Notes: a model not told the origin generated them from the letters alone. A DNA stretch of 64,000 nt from Lama glama (GCA_028534125.1 CM052818.1:44642001-44706000); one strand, 5' to 3'. Positions 25,160 through 38,905 are shown, counted from the stretch's first letter. Program-made: numbers and translations.

Positions 25160-26551
25160 AAAGGAAGACAGGTGCTACTCCAGTGGCAGTTAAGTTCAAA
25201 CTGCTGCCTTCAGGCCTTTCTGGGGCAGCCCTGGCCAGGAGCCATCCTGTACACAGGTGCAGAATGTTTACTGCACAGGTGACTGACTGGCTGCCACCAG
25301 CTCCTGCTGCCCCTTCCTACTCTTCCCTTGCTTGGGTCTGAAATGAAAAGGAACACTAAGTGTAAAATCCTACCCTCCATCTGTTTCTAAGAAACCAGCC
25401 TCCCAGGCCCCCTGTAACCTCCACAGGGCTGTTAAGAGACTATTCAAAATGCAGTTCCGCCCCCATCAGGCCCCTCCTTGGAGTTCTCCCTGACAAGGCC
25501 CCATTCTTCCCCACAGCACTGATGCCTCTTGGTCTGACTCTGCCCCAGCTGCCCACCTTCGTCTCCTGGGACCACCCACCCTTCACTCTAAGCTCCGGCA
25601 ACACGCACTAAAATCACTTCTAATTCCCCAGAGGCCCCTTGTCTCCCCTCTACTGCACGTGCTGTTCCCTTCCCCTTCCATCTGCCTTGGCCCCGTGGCA
25701 AACTCTTATTGATTCTAAAAAACCCTGTCCTCTGCTCCCTGCCCAAATTAGTATCTTCATTTATAAAATGGGGCTAATGATACTGCCTTGTGGGGTTTTA
25801 GTGAGAATTAAGTAAGAAAACTGACAGCATGGTTCCCTAACCAGTGCACCTTGTGCGGATCACAGGTGTAGCTTGAACACAAACCCTTTCCCGGGGCCAG
25901 CCGGAGCTCGGACAGCCAGAGTCCTGGGTCAGTAGCCTTATCCACTCACCCAGGGTTCAGGGACGGCAAACATCACTTTCTACCGTGAAAAAGGGTTGGG
26001 AAGTACTAGTATATGAAAAATGCCTGGCATGTAGTAAGTGCTCAGTAAGTGCAAATTCCTCTCCTGCGCTACATAATTTCTACACTTCAACCACATTGCT
26101 TTGCCTGGCAGCTTTACATAGCTCTGAAGTGTTGCTTAAATGCACCTCTCCACCCCTAGACTATGAGTCTTGAGGATGGGGACAAAGTTTCATCTCCGAG
26201 TCAGGGTCTGGTGCATAATAAGCACTCAGTAAATGTCTGCCGTACTGAACTTAATTGAAGTTGCTAAGACGTAAAGAAAATTCAGACATCTACAGTCAGT
26301 TAACTTTGCCACCAATAAGTGTGTAATCCCAGGGCAATCACTCTTCTGTAATGTCAGCAATAACTTCAGAGATGCTAGAAGGGAACAGAGGAGACAAGAG
26401 GACCAGGAAGGAAGGGCTTCCAGAACTTTCCATCTCCCAATTTCGGAATGAAAATGTAAGGAGAACAGGGAAACCACAGAGTCAGCCGAGGCGTGGCACG
26501 TGCCAGAGAGCCATGGGGGGCACGGCTGGAGCCACGGGGCCTCGGTCCTAC

Positions 26552-26694
26552 CTGGTAGCGGGGGTGGAATCCCATGTACTGGTGGCACTGCTCGCAGTGG
26601 TGGTATGTGTTGTATGCCGCATACTTGGACAGCCTCATCCGCGCCGTCTGACGCCGCACGTAGAGGTCCTCCGGCTTCCGGTACATCCCTCTGT
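26552..26694 (-). CDS. GREB1: GREB1 exon (exon 25 equivalent, 143 nt)
   Basis: gtgcag|AC AGA: DRGMYRKPEDLYVRRQTARMRLSKYAAYNTYHHCEQCHQYMGFHPRYQ; donor CAG|GTAGGA, phase 0. Confidence 0.95.
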
Positions 26695-27620
26695 CTGCAC
26701 AAAAGAGCAGCGCTGAAGGGCAGCGGGAGGCAGGACAAATGCTCCCTCCCGTGCCTACACAAACTGAAACGCTGTGGCAGGATTTTGGGTGACTGCCTGT
26801 CACCCGTTTGCCCCGGGGCGACTCGGGGTCAGAGTCTCAGTGGGATAAACTAAGAGGCTACGTTCACATGGTGTCTTGACTCATGGACCTACGGATGGTT
26901 CATAAACACATGTTCTAGAATTCGCTCCATAACAACATATATCGATCGCCGACTTAAAATGCAAATACTGTAAAGCATGTGAATCGCCTGCCTGTTTTCA
27001 GATGACTTAGCAGAATTAAGATTTTAACACTCAACCTCCATTAGAGAAGGTCTAGGTGAAGAATCCTTCTGTGAAAGTGATCTATTCTGGGAACAATGAA
27101 GATAAAATTGCTGGTTTGCAGTGGAGACTGGTGAGTATTTTCCTCTCACACTGCATTCAACCGAACTTCTCTAGTCAGTACTTAGACTCACAGTGGCCAC
27201 TCACATCCGGTGGTTGCTGCCGGCGACCCTGAAACCAGCAGGGTCACAACAGTGTGAAAGTCACCAGTCCCCGAAGGAGGGAGAAAATGAGAGACAAAGA
27301 CAGAGGGGGAAACAGGTGCATTCTGTTACAACAAACCAAATTCACAGAGAAACATACATGTCTCTTGTCTAGTAACCAAAACCTCCAGATTATTCCAAGC
27401 AGGACAAGCCATCCAGACTGTCCGCACCACTATTCTGCCCCGACTGAGCAGCAGGTCTCCCTGTCCCACGAGGGGGCAGCCTCAGCTCCTCACCAGGCTC
27501 TGCCAGTTCACCCACCACCACCAGATAAGTTCATCACTAACAAAATGCAGCTCGTCCTTTTAAGGGACCACTCCCATGTCCTCTGGAAGAAGGTGGAAGC
27601 CAGAGATTGGAAAATCTGAC

Positions 27621-27779
27621 CTTCGCTCTTTATGCTCTGATGGTGAGAACAAATCAGACTGGCGTCCTCGTACTTCGGGTCGTGGATGATGTAGTCAAAA
27701 GGCAGCTTCTTGAAGAGCTCCAGGTCTGGCCAGGGGTCACCGAGCTGGAGGTAATGCCACTCTGACTCTTCTCTGAGGT
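27621..27779 (-). CDS. GREB1: GREB1 exon (exon 24 equivalent, 159 nt)
   Basis: cccgtag|AC CTC: NLREESEWHYLQLGDPWPDLELFKKLPFDYIIHDPKYEDASLICSHHQSIKSE; donor G|GTCAGA. Confidence 0.94.
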
Positions 27780-29964
27780 CTACGGGATGGGTAAGAACAC
27801 AGACAGGTGGCAAGACAGGAATGTCAACTGTGCATGAGGATGACGCTGGGAGTGGAGCTGACGTGGTGTCTGCAGGTTCCCAGGGGCCCTCCACTGGACC
27901 TCAGATGCTCCCGCACACGTCCCGTTTTCAGGATTGCTCTAACTTGGCAAGAAGCTGCATTCAGATCTATCTGTCGGCAGAGGAACAGCCGTACGCTGTG
28001 TTTCCTATGGGGTGGGTTTGCTCTTCTGTCTACACTAACTTCAGCTCCTCCCAATGTACCTACCCCAGTGCTCTGTGCCCCGAATACATCACACTGGTCC
28101 CCACCACCAGTGGAACTTAACGCAGTTCTCTCTCTTGCACTTACATCTAAATGCTACCCATCCAGGAAGGCCCAACTCCTATCTCTCCACCTTGAGAAGG
28201 CCTCTTCTAAGTGCTCAGGCCCGTTGGCTTCCCCCTGCTGAAGGCCAGCACTCCTCATGGCCCAACCACATTTTGCCATTTGCCGTGTATTACCTTACAT
28301 TCTAACTGGTATTATCTATGACGCTCACCAAATGTTTATTGGCTAAAAGGTAAAAAAAAAAATCTAGTTGGTCTAACTCAAACTTATGTGACATTGATTT
28401 TATAGATACGATATACATATTATATATATGACATTGATATATATCACTATATATATCTGCATCTATCCTGCTATATTGTACACATGGGCAGAGTACACAT
28501 CCACAAGAAAGAGAAAAAATAAGGATAGAAGAGGGAGAGGAATGTTTATTGTGTATTTAATAGGTGCTCAGGGCTTCATATGTGTAACATCATTTAGTCT
28601 TCACGACAGCCTATAAAACAAGAACTATGCAATTTTACCAAAGGGAAGCCCAAGGAAATAAGAGAGAATTTGAGAAAATAGTCTTTGGAGTTTAACAGAC
28701 TGGGTTTAAATCCTGTCTTTATTGCTGGTAAATCCAACAAAATGAGGAGACAGAAACTCAGCAGACCTGTTAACTTCCATCTAAAATACAGTTCCGCACA
28801 ATGGGAGAAATCGTGGAAAACTCGGTATTTAGATGAAGAGCCAAAAGCCTCTTTCCCTTCTCCTTCAAAGGAAAGACGAAGGGCTGGATGGGCTTCCTTG
28901 GTTAAAGTCAAAACTCAGAGTCGGGAGCATCTAAAGAAGTTGTGTGTGTGGAAGTGGCAGGACTGCCTTCCTTGTCAAGGGTGAACACACTGCATGGAGA
29001 GACCACGTTTTCCTTATCTGCTCAACTGCAGATGGACGTTTATCAATCAGTGGATGACATATGGTTGTTCCTATGTCTTGGCTATTGTGAATAATGCTGC
29101 AATGAACATGGTAAGTATGTGGGGTGATGAGTATATTCATTAGAGTGACTGTGATGATTTCACAGCGTATATCCAATCACCAAGCTGTACACCTTAAACA
29201 GACACAATAAAACAGAAGCGCTGTTAGCTGCCAGTGCAGCTTATATGTACACTTTCTCTGCGACACACATGGGACTCCCCACACAAATCCTCATTCCCAG
29301 AGCAACAGGTTCATGTACCAGGCCAGGTTTCTGGGCCACTGGAGGGACAATGCAAGAGAAAAATGGAGATGTTTTACAATTAGCCTAAAACAGCTGTTCA
29401 CCTTAATCAGGGTAAATTTTGTTCTGTGAGTGACGAGAAAAGGCTATTCCCCGCGTATCATGTATTTCCATTCTGCCCCCGGATATGGACCCAGGTGCTC
29501 AGTGGCCTGAGTGGGAACCTCCCTGATGGACAAGTCCACCTTCCAGGGTCAGCACCCAAACCTAGTGTAGTTCCAACTCTGCCCCCTCCCCGCTGGGCTC
29601 CTGGACGTGTTACTTATCAGGAAAATGGAGTAACAATATCTATCTCTTGATGTGGTGCAGAAAACTAAATGTGGTCATTTATATAGAGCATGTAGCACAG
29701 TGTTTGACATTTGGAAGGTCCTCAGTAAACAGCAGTTATTTTTAGGGCAGTAATTTTATCCCCAGCAAGGCCTCCCAGGCACTGTTCTCGTATTGAGCAA
29801 AATGACTACAAGGGAAAGATAAAAGCACTCCTGCAAAGGCCCTCGGGACGAGTCTAACCAGGAACCTGAGAATTCCATCTTGAAAGTAAAAGCCATAACC
29901 AGAGTCACTTGAGAAATGGACTAAAGACGATTCCAAGCCCAAGCGCCACCAGTGGATAACTCAC

Positions 29965-30067
29965 TGATATTGATCTCTTCTTCGTCGTAAACATCCACTT
30001 CCGTCAGCCGAATGAGCATTCTGGACAGGATGCTGAGGAACTGCAGGTAGGCGCCTGTCTTCCCAAT
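29965..30067 (-). CDS. GREB1: GREB1 exon (exon 23 equivalent, 103 nt)
   Basis: ttacag|[40 protein letters not shown]; donor A|GTGAGT. Confidence 0.95.
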
Positions 30068-31164
30068 CTGTAAAGACAGTAAGTTGGAGCCAACCGTCAG
30101 CACGCCGGCGCTGGCTGGGGCGCCTGCCACGCCTCCTGTCATCCATCTTTCTTAAAGATCTCACCTGATTAAGACGAGGGCCGGAGGGGAAACAAAGACT
30201 TGTGAGGGAAAACGTGGCCTGAAGAAGCAGGCAGATAGGCAGACTCCCACGGGCAGGAGACCCACCCACCTACAAATCACTGCAAATGCCTTTTCAGTTT
30301 TAACTGGCCCCATTTTTTAAGCTGTTAGAAACCGGACTTCATCACAAGCTGAACAAAGGTTGCTTCAAAAAACAAACTGCCCATACAGAACATACTATCT
30401 TCAAAGAGTCTTGCAAAATTGCATATTGCTATTCTTAAATTAAGCGACGTACCTGCAGAAAGATAACAAAATTCACTGTGGAAGACATAAAAAGTTGGCA
30501 TCACATTTCCCTCCTCCTAAGTCCAGGAAAATAAATAAAAGAATTTTCTCTTCTTCCTTCTTTCTTCTTGTATTAGAGAGTCCCCTGTTCCCTCAAGCCC
30601 AGCACTTGGCCAATCCAGTGTACCTGGTCTTAGTTCACTGAAGTTACAACTGGTTAAATAGGTACCCCTCCCCGACCCGCTACTCTCAGAACGTGCTTTC
30701 AAATTTCTTAGCTCAGTGCCTAGATCATGGTAAGTACTCAACAAATGTTGGTGAATGGAAAAAACTAACTTTAAGAAGAAAATATGAAACACAACCAGGG
30801 GGAGTTTCAGAGAAAATATTTGCAATACATACAATTGATCAAGAATTAAAATTTATCATCTAAACAGCTCCTACAAAGCCAAAGAAAAAGTCAAATGGAC
30901 GAAAGGAAAAATAAACAAGAGAAATAAACCAGAAAGTCAGCAAAGACGTGCCAATGATCAATAAACATACAAAAATAGATTCACCCTCACTAATAAAACT
31001 ATGATACACTCTTTTCCGGTATCAAATAGGCAAAAATTTTAACGATGAATGACATTCAGTAATGCAAGGGTATGGAGAAACCAGGACTCCTTTTTTAAAA
31101 ACGTTTAATTTTTTCCTCTTTTTAAAAAATAACTAAAAGGAATATATGCCCATTTAAAAGGTCA

Positions 31165-31335
31165 CAGGGAAATATACACAAGATCTTATGGTAGCTCATA
31201 GAGAAAAAATGTGACAATGAACATATATATGTTCATGTATAACTGAAAAATTGTGCTCTTCGCTGGAATTTGACACAACATTGTAAAATGATTATAAATC
31301 AATAAAAAATGTTAAAAATAAATAAATAAATAAAT
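31165..31335 (+). mobile_element. 5'-truncated, relatively young L1 3' end with target-site duplication
   Basis: CAGGGAAATATACACAAGATCTTATGGTAGCTC...TTGTAAAATGATTATAAATCAATAAA plus (AAAT)n tail; AAAAGGTCA at 31156-31164 and 31336-31344. Confidence 0.85.
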
Positions 31336-32593
31336 AAAAGGTCAAGAAATACAGATCCATAATAAAGTAGAATAAAGTCACAAACCCCAGCCCCCTCCCC
31401 ATGTAACTACTTCACACCCCTCCTGTCAGGGATTTTTTAGATTTTTTCACACACGCAGACACATGCATACTGGTATTTTTTTTGTAATTGATATTACACT
31501 ATGTATATATTATTCTGCAATTTGATCTTTAACATTTGAATATCTTAGAGAAATGTCCATGTCGGGACATAAAGACCCAGCTCAAACTTTCTGTGGCTGA
31601 ACTGCACGATGCTGCTTAATCCAAATGGATTCAACCAAACGTGACTCATGGAACTTAAGTTGTCTCCAGTTTGGTTTTTTTTTACTGCTGTCAGCAATAC
31701 AAAAATGAGCATTCTTACACATCTTTGTGGGGGGTTTGTGCTCCTTGGGATAGATTCCTGGAAAGGGAATGAACATGCTAAGTGAAAAGGAAGCAAGTCT
31801 TGAATTGAGACAGTGATGATGATGGTGACAATGACAATGCCTTCTAGGGGTCAGGCCATATTCCCGGTGCCCTACAATTATTCTCCTGTTTGAGGGCCCC
31901 ATTTTTGTCATCAAGGTGCTATTATTTTCCTCATTCTCAGATGAGGACCGTAAGGCACAGAGAAGGCTGGAACCGGCCCAGGGTGTTAGGTGATGTTTTA
32001 GTCCAAATCTAAGCCCCAGCCGTTCCCTCAGGGCCCACCTTCCACTCCTGCATTGTCTGGCCAAGACCTGATACCCACCTCGTGTGTCCTCCTCACGTGT
32101 TCACGACACTTGACACTCACACCTCCCAGGTTCTGCCAGGCTGATAGGTGAAACAGTCTTTTGTTGTTGGAAAAACGCAAAGAGCTGGAGGATGGAGACA
32201 GGCCTCCTGCCACCCTGTCCTGTTTCACCAGAGTCTTGCAGGGCAGAACCAGGGGTTGGGCTCCACTGCCAGAGTAGGAGTGAACTGTACACACTGGCTG
32301 TGAGGACTGAGTGCAATAACGTGGGAAATGCGGAACTGTAGTCTGAAGGAGCAGGAGGCACTCGCAGAGAACCCCTCCATCCATGCATGACACAAAGGAG
32401 AAAACTGGGGTCAGAGGATGGAGGTCACCCCGCCGTGGGGGAAAGGGAGATCTGCCCACCCATCTACTTTGCGACATCTGAGATTCCGCTGCAGAAACAG
32501 CAGACACGAATAGGGAGTGCTGTCGGCCCCAAACCTGCCTCTGGGCGGGAACACAAGCCCCCACGCAGCCTGGCCGCACAGGGCGGCACCCAC

Positions 32594-33222
32594 CTGGGGG
32601 GGCCCGCTGAGCAGCAGGCGGCGCGGGTGGAAGCCGTCCACGCGGCCCTCGGCGCGGTTGCCGTAGTCCATGTGGCTGGGCCGGGGCACTGTCCACTGCC
32701 GGTAGTACAGGGACTGCTCCGTGGACGTCATCGTCTTGCTGAGCAGCGGCCGGAACGAGCTGGCCCACACGACCGAGTGCGAGGGCAGGAGCGAGGCGGC
32801 CTTGGGCAGGCCACTGCTGTCGGTGGCCGTGACCATGTCGTACACCAGCTTGGGCAGGAAAACTATGGGCGGCTGCCGGCAGGCCTTGGTCATGGAGCAC
32901 TGGGAGGCCTGCAGGACGAGCGGCCCGGCGGCAGGCACCGTGGACAAGGAGGACGAGCCCGAGGAGGAGAGCTGGGAGGAGGATGAGGGGGCCGACCTCC
33001 GGATGCTCTGCCGGCCGGTCCTGAGGCCGGGGTCCGGCGGGGGGGCCAGCCCGGGGCTGTGCCGGCTGATGACGGCTGGCGGCTCCCACCCGGCCCGGAG
33101 CCTCTGCCTCTCACCGGGGGCCCTGCCCTCCTCTGTGGGGCCGCCAGGCGGCGGGGACCGGGCCTGCTCCCCCTGCGAGGGCCCCGCTGGGGGGACTGAG
33201 GACTCGCCGCAGAGCGCAGAGC
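32594..33222 (-). CDS. GREB1: GREB1 exon (exon 22 equivalent, 629 nt)
   Basis: ccccag|GC TCT GCG: SALCGESSVPPAG...Ser-rich segment...QASQCSMTKACRQPPIVFLPKLVYDM...FHPRRLLLSGPPQ; frame open throughout; donor CAG|GTGGGT. Confidence 0.93.
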
Positions 33223-36051
33223 CTGGGGAGAGACGGTCCGTCAGTCAAGGCCCTGAAACTGCAGCTCCTGCTTCCGCAGCGCTGACTACCTTCACTTGAC
33301 AGTTATTGGGAATTTCGTCAATGAATCCCATCTCTGGTTAAATAGAGACTCTTCTGCCCTTCTGACAAAGCCAGGAGGTGCTTCAGGGAGAGGGCCAGCA
33401 CCACTCGCCTGGGCCCACGCACGCCGCGATGGCCTCTCCTCTGCACCCCTGCCCGGTCTGTCCCGGAACCCCTCACCTTCAGCACTCAGCCTACACACCT
33501 ACTCCACTTCTGTGCAGGTGGCTCCTGGAGCTCAAACCTCCCCTCTGCACAGCACAGTGGTGCTTCTGGTTCAAACTGGCAGCGAAACTCACAGGACTGA
33601 AAAGGCTTGACTAATGCTACAGTCACTCAGCTTCCAAAGGAGTTCAAGCAGCACGGACAGCAGCTACCCAAAGGCAGGGTTTCTTTTGCCCTCACCCCGA
33701 CATGGACCATGTTGAGGGCCATGGTGAGTGTGAGTCCCTGGACACCCAGGAGCCACACGCTGGTCCCTGTCTTTTATATTAAGCCAGCCACGTACGCCCA
33801 GGGCCTGCATGCCAGCTCCGAGCAGCCCCGCAGACCTCAGGCTCCACAGGAGCCACATCTATGTCTCAGCTCTGTCATTTTCTGGGAGACGAGGGAGACT
33901 GTTTCCCAGGCAGGCCTGATACCCCTTTGCCACCCTCCTGGGAGAGGCCGAGCCCCTCCCCATGGCACTTGGTTCAGCCTGCACGCTGCTCACCACACAG
34001 CTCAGGCAACCTCCCCGCTGGATCTGAGTGCCCCAGGCTTCTGCAGCCCCCAGCCTGCATCTGGCTCAGGTACAGACTGCTCACGGAAGGAAGTGATGCG
34101 GCACCTGCCTGTCCCCTCGGCTGAAGGCCTGACCCCCGATAAACTGCCTCTCCCGTGGACAAGGGACCTGAGCTGATCAGCTCAGAGTCAGTGGAGGAGC
34201 TGAGGACCAGGGGTGGGGAGGATGGGCATCTGAGAATCTGGCCTGGGGGAAGGGGGACAAATGGGCCCAAAAGACATCAAAGGGGCCTGAGGTGCCAACA
34301 GTAGCCCATGGGGACCCTGAGGTCTTCACCCACTGCCCTAGGTTGTGAGGCCCAGACTGGCAGGACCCAGAAGACAGAGATCCACACGGACGTTTCTCTC
34401 CATCCACCCTCAGACCTCAGTTGGCCTGCCCTGGTTGAGTCCAAGGGGGACTCTGTCAGTCTATGAAAAAGGGACCTAGACCTGCCCAGGCTGACTCGTG
34501 TCACCCCTCCATCCTGACTCATGTGGCTGTGGCCAAGTCTCGTCTCCCTGAGCCTCCTGAAATGTGGGGATTTCCTCATCCCTCAAATGTGGGGGGAGGG
34601 CCACACCCAAGGCCACAAGAAGCATTTCATCAGAGACCCCCAAAATCTCAGGACTGTCTGGGGAATCCTAAGAAAGTCACCTCACCAGAGGAGAGAGGCT
34701 GGTTGACAGCTCAGACATTCTACTCCACCTGAAGATACTACACAGACCAGCATGTCCCAGCATCTACCAGGAAGCTGTCAGGCTGGATGGGGTGGGGGAC
34801 GAAGTACCACACCTCTCTACTCTCATATACAGGTCATCCTTCTCAGCTCGCCCCGTGGCGCCCTGTGTTCCCTCTACTGTGTGGGGCAGAAGGACAGATG
34901 GCTGCAGCATTTGGCTTTTCTGACTGACTCTAGCCCGTGAATCAGATCTTCCTTCGCTCACAGAGTCCAGGCTTATGTTAAGGAGGCCTCGTTTGACTCC
35001 CTCTTTGAGGGAGACCCCACCACCTGGCCCACTGTTGTCCAAGGGCTGGTGAGGAGCGGAAAGAAGAGAGGAAATCAAAGCAGCCCCAGGCCAAACCCCC
35101 CGATGTGCCCTGACTTTTGCAGCCACGCCCTGACCATGGCCAGGCCCACTGCACCCTGAGCTGTAGCCCTGGGACCACTCACCGTGCCCAAGCACCCCAC
35201 GCACCTCCACACCCGGAGCCTCCTTTACCTGTGAAGTCTCCTGCACCTGGAATGCCTTTTCCTGCAAGACCCAAAGGCCAGCTGCTCTCCAAAACCTGCA
35301 GGGACCTCCCCTTCCCCTAAATCTGCCCTGCTCGAGACAAAATTAATTGCTTCCTCCCACATGTAACAATAACATTTCACGTGAATGTGTGCAGAAAAAA
35401 ACACAGCAGCCCCTACTGCAACATCACCTGGTGCAAAGGAACAATGAATTCCCTGAGAGCAGGTCCACATCTACCTTGTCTCTCAACACCCTCAGTCAGA
35501 TAGAAAGTAGGTTCTCAATAAACACCTGCACTGGGAAGAAGTGATATTGTCTCAGGTGTGCGGGTCCCGACTGCTCCCAAGACCGAGGCCTCCCTTAGGG
35601 CAGAGACTAGGAGCATTTTATCCACAGGCCTCACGCCCTCCACCATAAAGCGGTCTGGGTCCAGGGCTCAGGGAACATTTGCTACCCAGTGAAGTCTTCT
35701 GTGACCAGTTCTCTTGGCCTTCAGATTCAACAAGAACACTCCTCTCCCCCAATTCCCCAAACCAACAGCTGCCTGCCAAGCACGGCGGGGCTCACCCTCT
35801 GACACCGCCCGGTACCAGCCCTGCAGGGCCCTAGGCCACGGCCTCCTCCCGGGACAGGAGCCACTGCTCCATCTCCTCGTGTATCCAGACCCCAGCCCAG
35901 AAACATGCTTACTCTCCACAAAGTCCAGTTCTTCAAAGATTCCTTCTCCTTCCAGTTTAGTTGAAAATAAAAGATCTCTTTTCATTCTCTGAAATCTCAC
36001 CCCTCAAAAACAAAGGTCCTATTGTGGGATCTTTAGCCCCTGGAGACTCAC

Positions 36052-36141
36052 TAGACGCCTTAGAGGAGACGGATGAGGACACCGAGTCGTGGGAGCAGGA
36101 CCGTTCTCTCTTCACGGGGCTCCTCTTCTCCAAGGCGGAGC
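36052..36141 (-). CDS. GREB1: GREB1 exon (exon 21 equivalent, 90 nt)
   Basis: aacag|GC TCC: GSALEKRSPVKRERSCSHDSVSSSVSSKAS; donor A|GTGAGT. Confidence 0.92.
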
Positions 36142-36243
36142 CTGTTTCAAAACACACCCACTGAAGACACCTCGTGATCACCGCCCTTACGTTCCCCCAG
36201 CGCTTCCCAGTTTACAAAGTGCATTCACAGGTGTCATCTCTCA

Positions 36244-36268
36244 CCCATCCATCCATCCATCCATCCAT
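36244..36268. repeat. (CCAT)n tetranucleotide repeat
   Basis: Seen directly. Confidence 0.85.
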
Positions 36269-37414
36269 CGTTTCCAGGCACCATCCTCAAGGGAGTGCTA
36301 AGGAGACAGGAGCAAGATGCAGGGCAGGCCAGCGAGGCACTTGAGGCTCAGTGGGGCTCCTGCCCAGGGGCCAGGCTCCCACCCAGCACAGGGAGGCAGG
36401 ACCAGGGAAACTCCTGGGAGAGGTGACCTCGAGCCAAGTCCTGACAGGCTGGCAGGAATTTCCAGGTAGAGCACGGAGCAGAGGGAACTCGAGCAGTGGG
36501 GAGAGCACCTGTGTGGCCCAGAGGTGACAGAGCAGGGCACAGCCATGAGTTGAGTGGGGCCAAGAGTTGAGGGTGCGGCGTAAGGGCCAAAAGCCAAGAG
36601 GAGCAGATGGTGAGAGGACAGAGGTGGGTGGGAGATGTTAGGAGTGTGGATTCATCCCATAGACAACAGGGAAGTGGAGGCAGTTTCATGTCAAGGTCAA
36701 GTCACGACTGTGAAAGGTTCCTACAGCCCCAGGGCATCTGTCAGGTGGGTCTTTCCATCCCCATTTTCCAGATGCACCATCTGAGGCTGGGAAGGGTGAC
36801 ATGACCCATCAAAGCCACACAGCCAGAGATGGAGAGGGGAGAGGAGCCCCGGTTTTCAATCTCTCTCTCTGCTATATCACAAATGCTTTGCGTGTTTGTA
36901 GTAGCAGCTTTTAATTTTTTCTCACTATGCTGTTGACTACAGCCAAATGCCGTGCACCGCTCTGATGTTTGTGTTCTATGCAAAATATGGTGTTGGATTT
37001 TGATGTCTGCAAACGAAACTGGCCAGTTTTCATAAATCCCAATAATGGACAGGTCCCGTTAATTCGCACAGAGGAAATAAGTGATGGAATCTTCCACTTG
37101 GCAGTAACTCCACCCGCAATTCGAACAGAGCATGAACTTGAACCCTAAGAAGTCTCAATTCTTCTTCCTGTTTTTTAAGGAATTCTACAGCTAGGAAGAA
37201 ACAATAGGGATTTCCATTCTCTCACACCACCAAACATTAGGGGAAAAAAGCAGGATCTGAATTCATTGAGGGATCTGCCGTTTCACTCAAAGATGGATCT
37301 AGGTCGTTCTCACCCGGAGCTGCAAGCAGCAGACAGTTCCCGGGTCACACCGAGCAGGGAGGGCTGTCTAGACCCGCGCGGGAGCATGCGGGGTGAGGGC
37401 CCGGCCACCCTCAC

Positions 37415-37611
37415 CTTCGGTCACCAGCTCCTCGTCCTCATCCGTGCCGCTCAGCTTCTCCGCGTCGCTCTCCAAGGCCTCGTTCCGGGCCCCCTTCTCC
37501 AGGGGAGCCTCGTTGCTCACAAAGTAAGCGGCCAGGCCCAGCTCCTGCTCCAGGGCTGTCCTCACCAGGCAGGAGGAGTTTATCAGCCGCAGGTCACAGT
37601 ACCTCAGAGAC
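37415..37611 (-). CDS. GREB1: GREB1 exon (exon 20 equivalent, 197 nt)
   Basis: tcctag|G TCT: SLRYCDLRLINSSCLVRTALEQELGLAAYFV...DEDEELVTE; donor G|GTGAGG. Confidence 0.94.
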
Positions 37612-38477
37612 CTAGGAGGACACAGAAGAAGGTGTCTATCCAGTGCCTTCCACAGAGGAGGCACCGCTCCATGCTGGGGGACCAGCACCCTGCGTTCCTC
37701 AGTGGGCCCCTAGGACTGGTGCACACTTTGTCACCGTGAGCCCTTAGCAGCCAAGTCTGTTTGATTGTGAGTCTCTGGGGGCACCTGCTGTGTGTTTAGC
37801 CTGGTTCTACCTGGAATCAAAAGAGCACTGACTTTCAGGTCAGGTGAAAATGAGGCTTGAGCCCCAGCTATGCCACTTCCAAGCAACAGAACCCTCAATA
37901 GGCTGGGCAACTTCTTGGAGGCTCAGATTTTTTTCATCTGAACGATGGGAATAAATATTAATGACCAGCTGACTGCACTATTGTGAGGATTATCTGTAAT
38001 AAGTGGACATTTCATTATTTAATCAACATTTAAAATGTGCCCAGGACCATGCCTCATGCAAGGGAGGGGACAGCAACCAAGGCATTGCCATATTGTGAAC
38101 GAGTCTGTCTGGGAAGACACCTCAAGGAGTAACGGAATTCACAGAGGAGTGGGCACGGTGGACAGGCCAGGGCAGGGCTCGGGGTTGTGGAGGAGAAACC
38201 GCAGAGGACTTGGTGTGGAGAGAGGCAGAAGTGGGTTCCAGTCGGGCTCTGCAACTTACTGCTCCTGTGACCTCAAGGCAAATGACCTTTCATTTGCTCA
38301 CCTATAAAGCAGGACAGTAATACTACGCTTGCCATGGGCGAACGCTAGGAGAGAAGTCTAGCCCAGTGCCTGATACAAAGAAGGAACCTAATAAATCCTC
38401 GCTCAAATTTAAGATATTTTGTTTATTTATTTTGTTTTTTCATGGGAGGAGGTAATTAGGTTTATTTACTTATTTAA

Positions 38478-38905
38478 TTTGCAGCAACATGGATGGAGAT
38501 TGTCATTCTAAGTGAAGTAAGCCAGAAAGAGAAAGAAAAATACCACATACCACTCATATGTGGAATCTAAAAAAAGAAAAAAAGAGGACACAAATGAACT
38601 CATCTATGAAACACAAACAGACTTGCAGACACAGTAAACAATCTTATGGTTCCCGGGGGAAAGGGGATGGGAAGGGATAAACTGGGAGTTTGAGATTCAC
38701 AGATACTAACTAGTATATATAAAATAGATAAACAGCAAGTTCATACTGTACAGCACAGGGAACTATATTCAAGATCTTGTAGTAACTTACAGTGAAAAAG
38801 AAAATGAAAACAAGTATCTGTGTGTTCACAAATGACTGAAGCATGTGCTACACACCAGAAACTGACACAATGTTGTAAACTGACTATAATATAGCAAAAA
38901 AAAGA
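38478..38905 (+). mobile_element. L1 3' end
   Basis: GCAGCAACATGGATGG...AAGTGAAGTAAGCCAGAAAGAGAAAG...GTAAACTGACTATA plus A tail. Confidence 0.85.
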
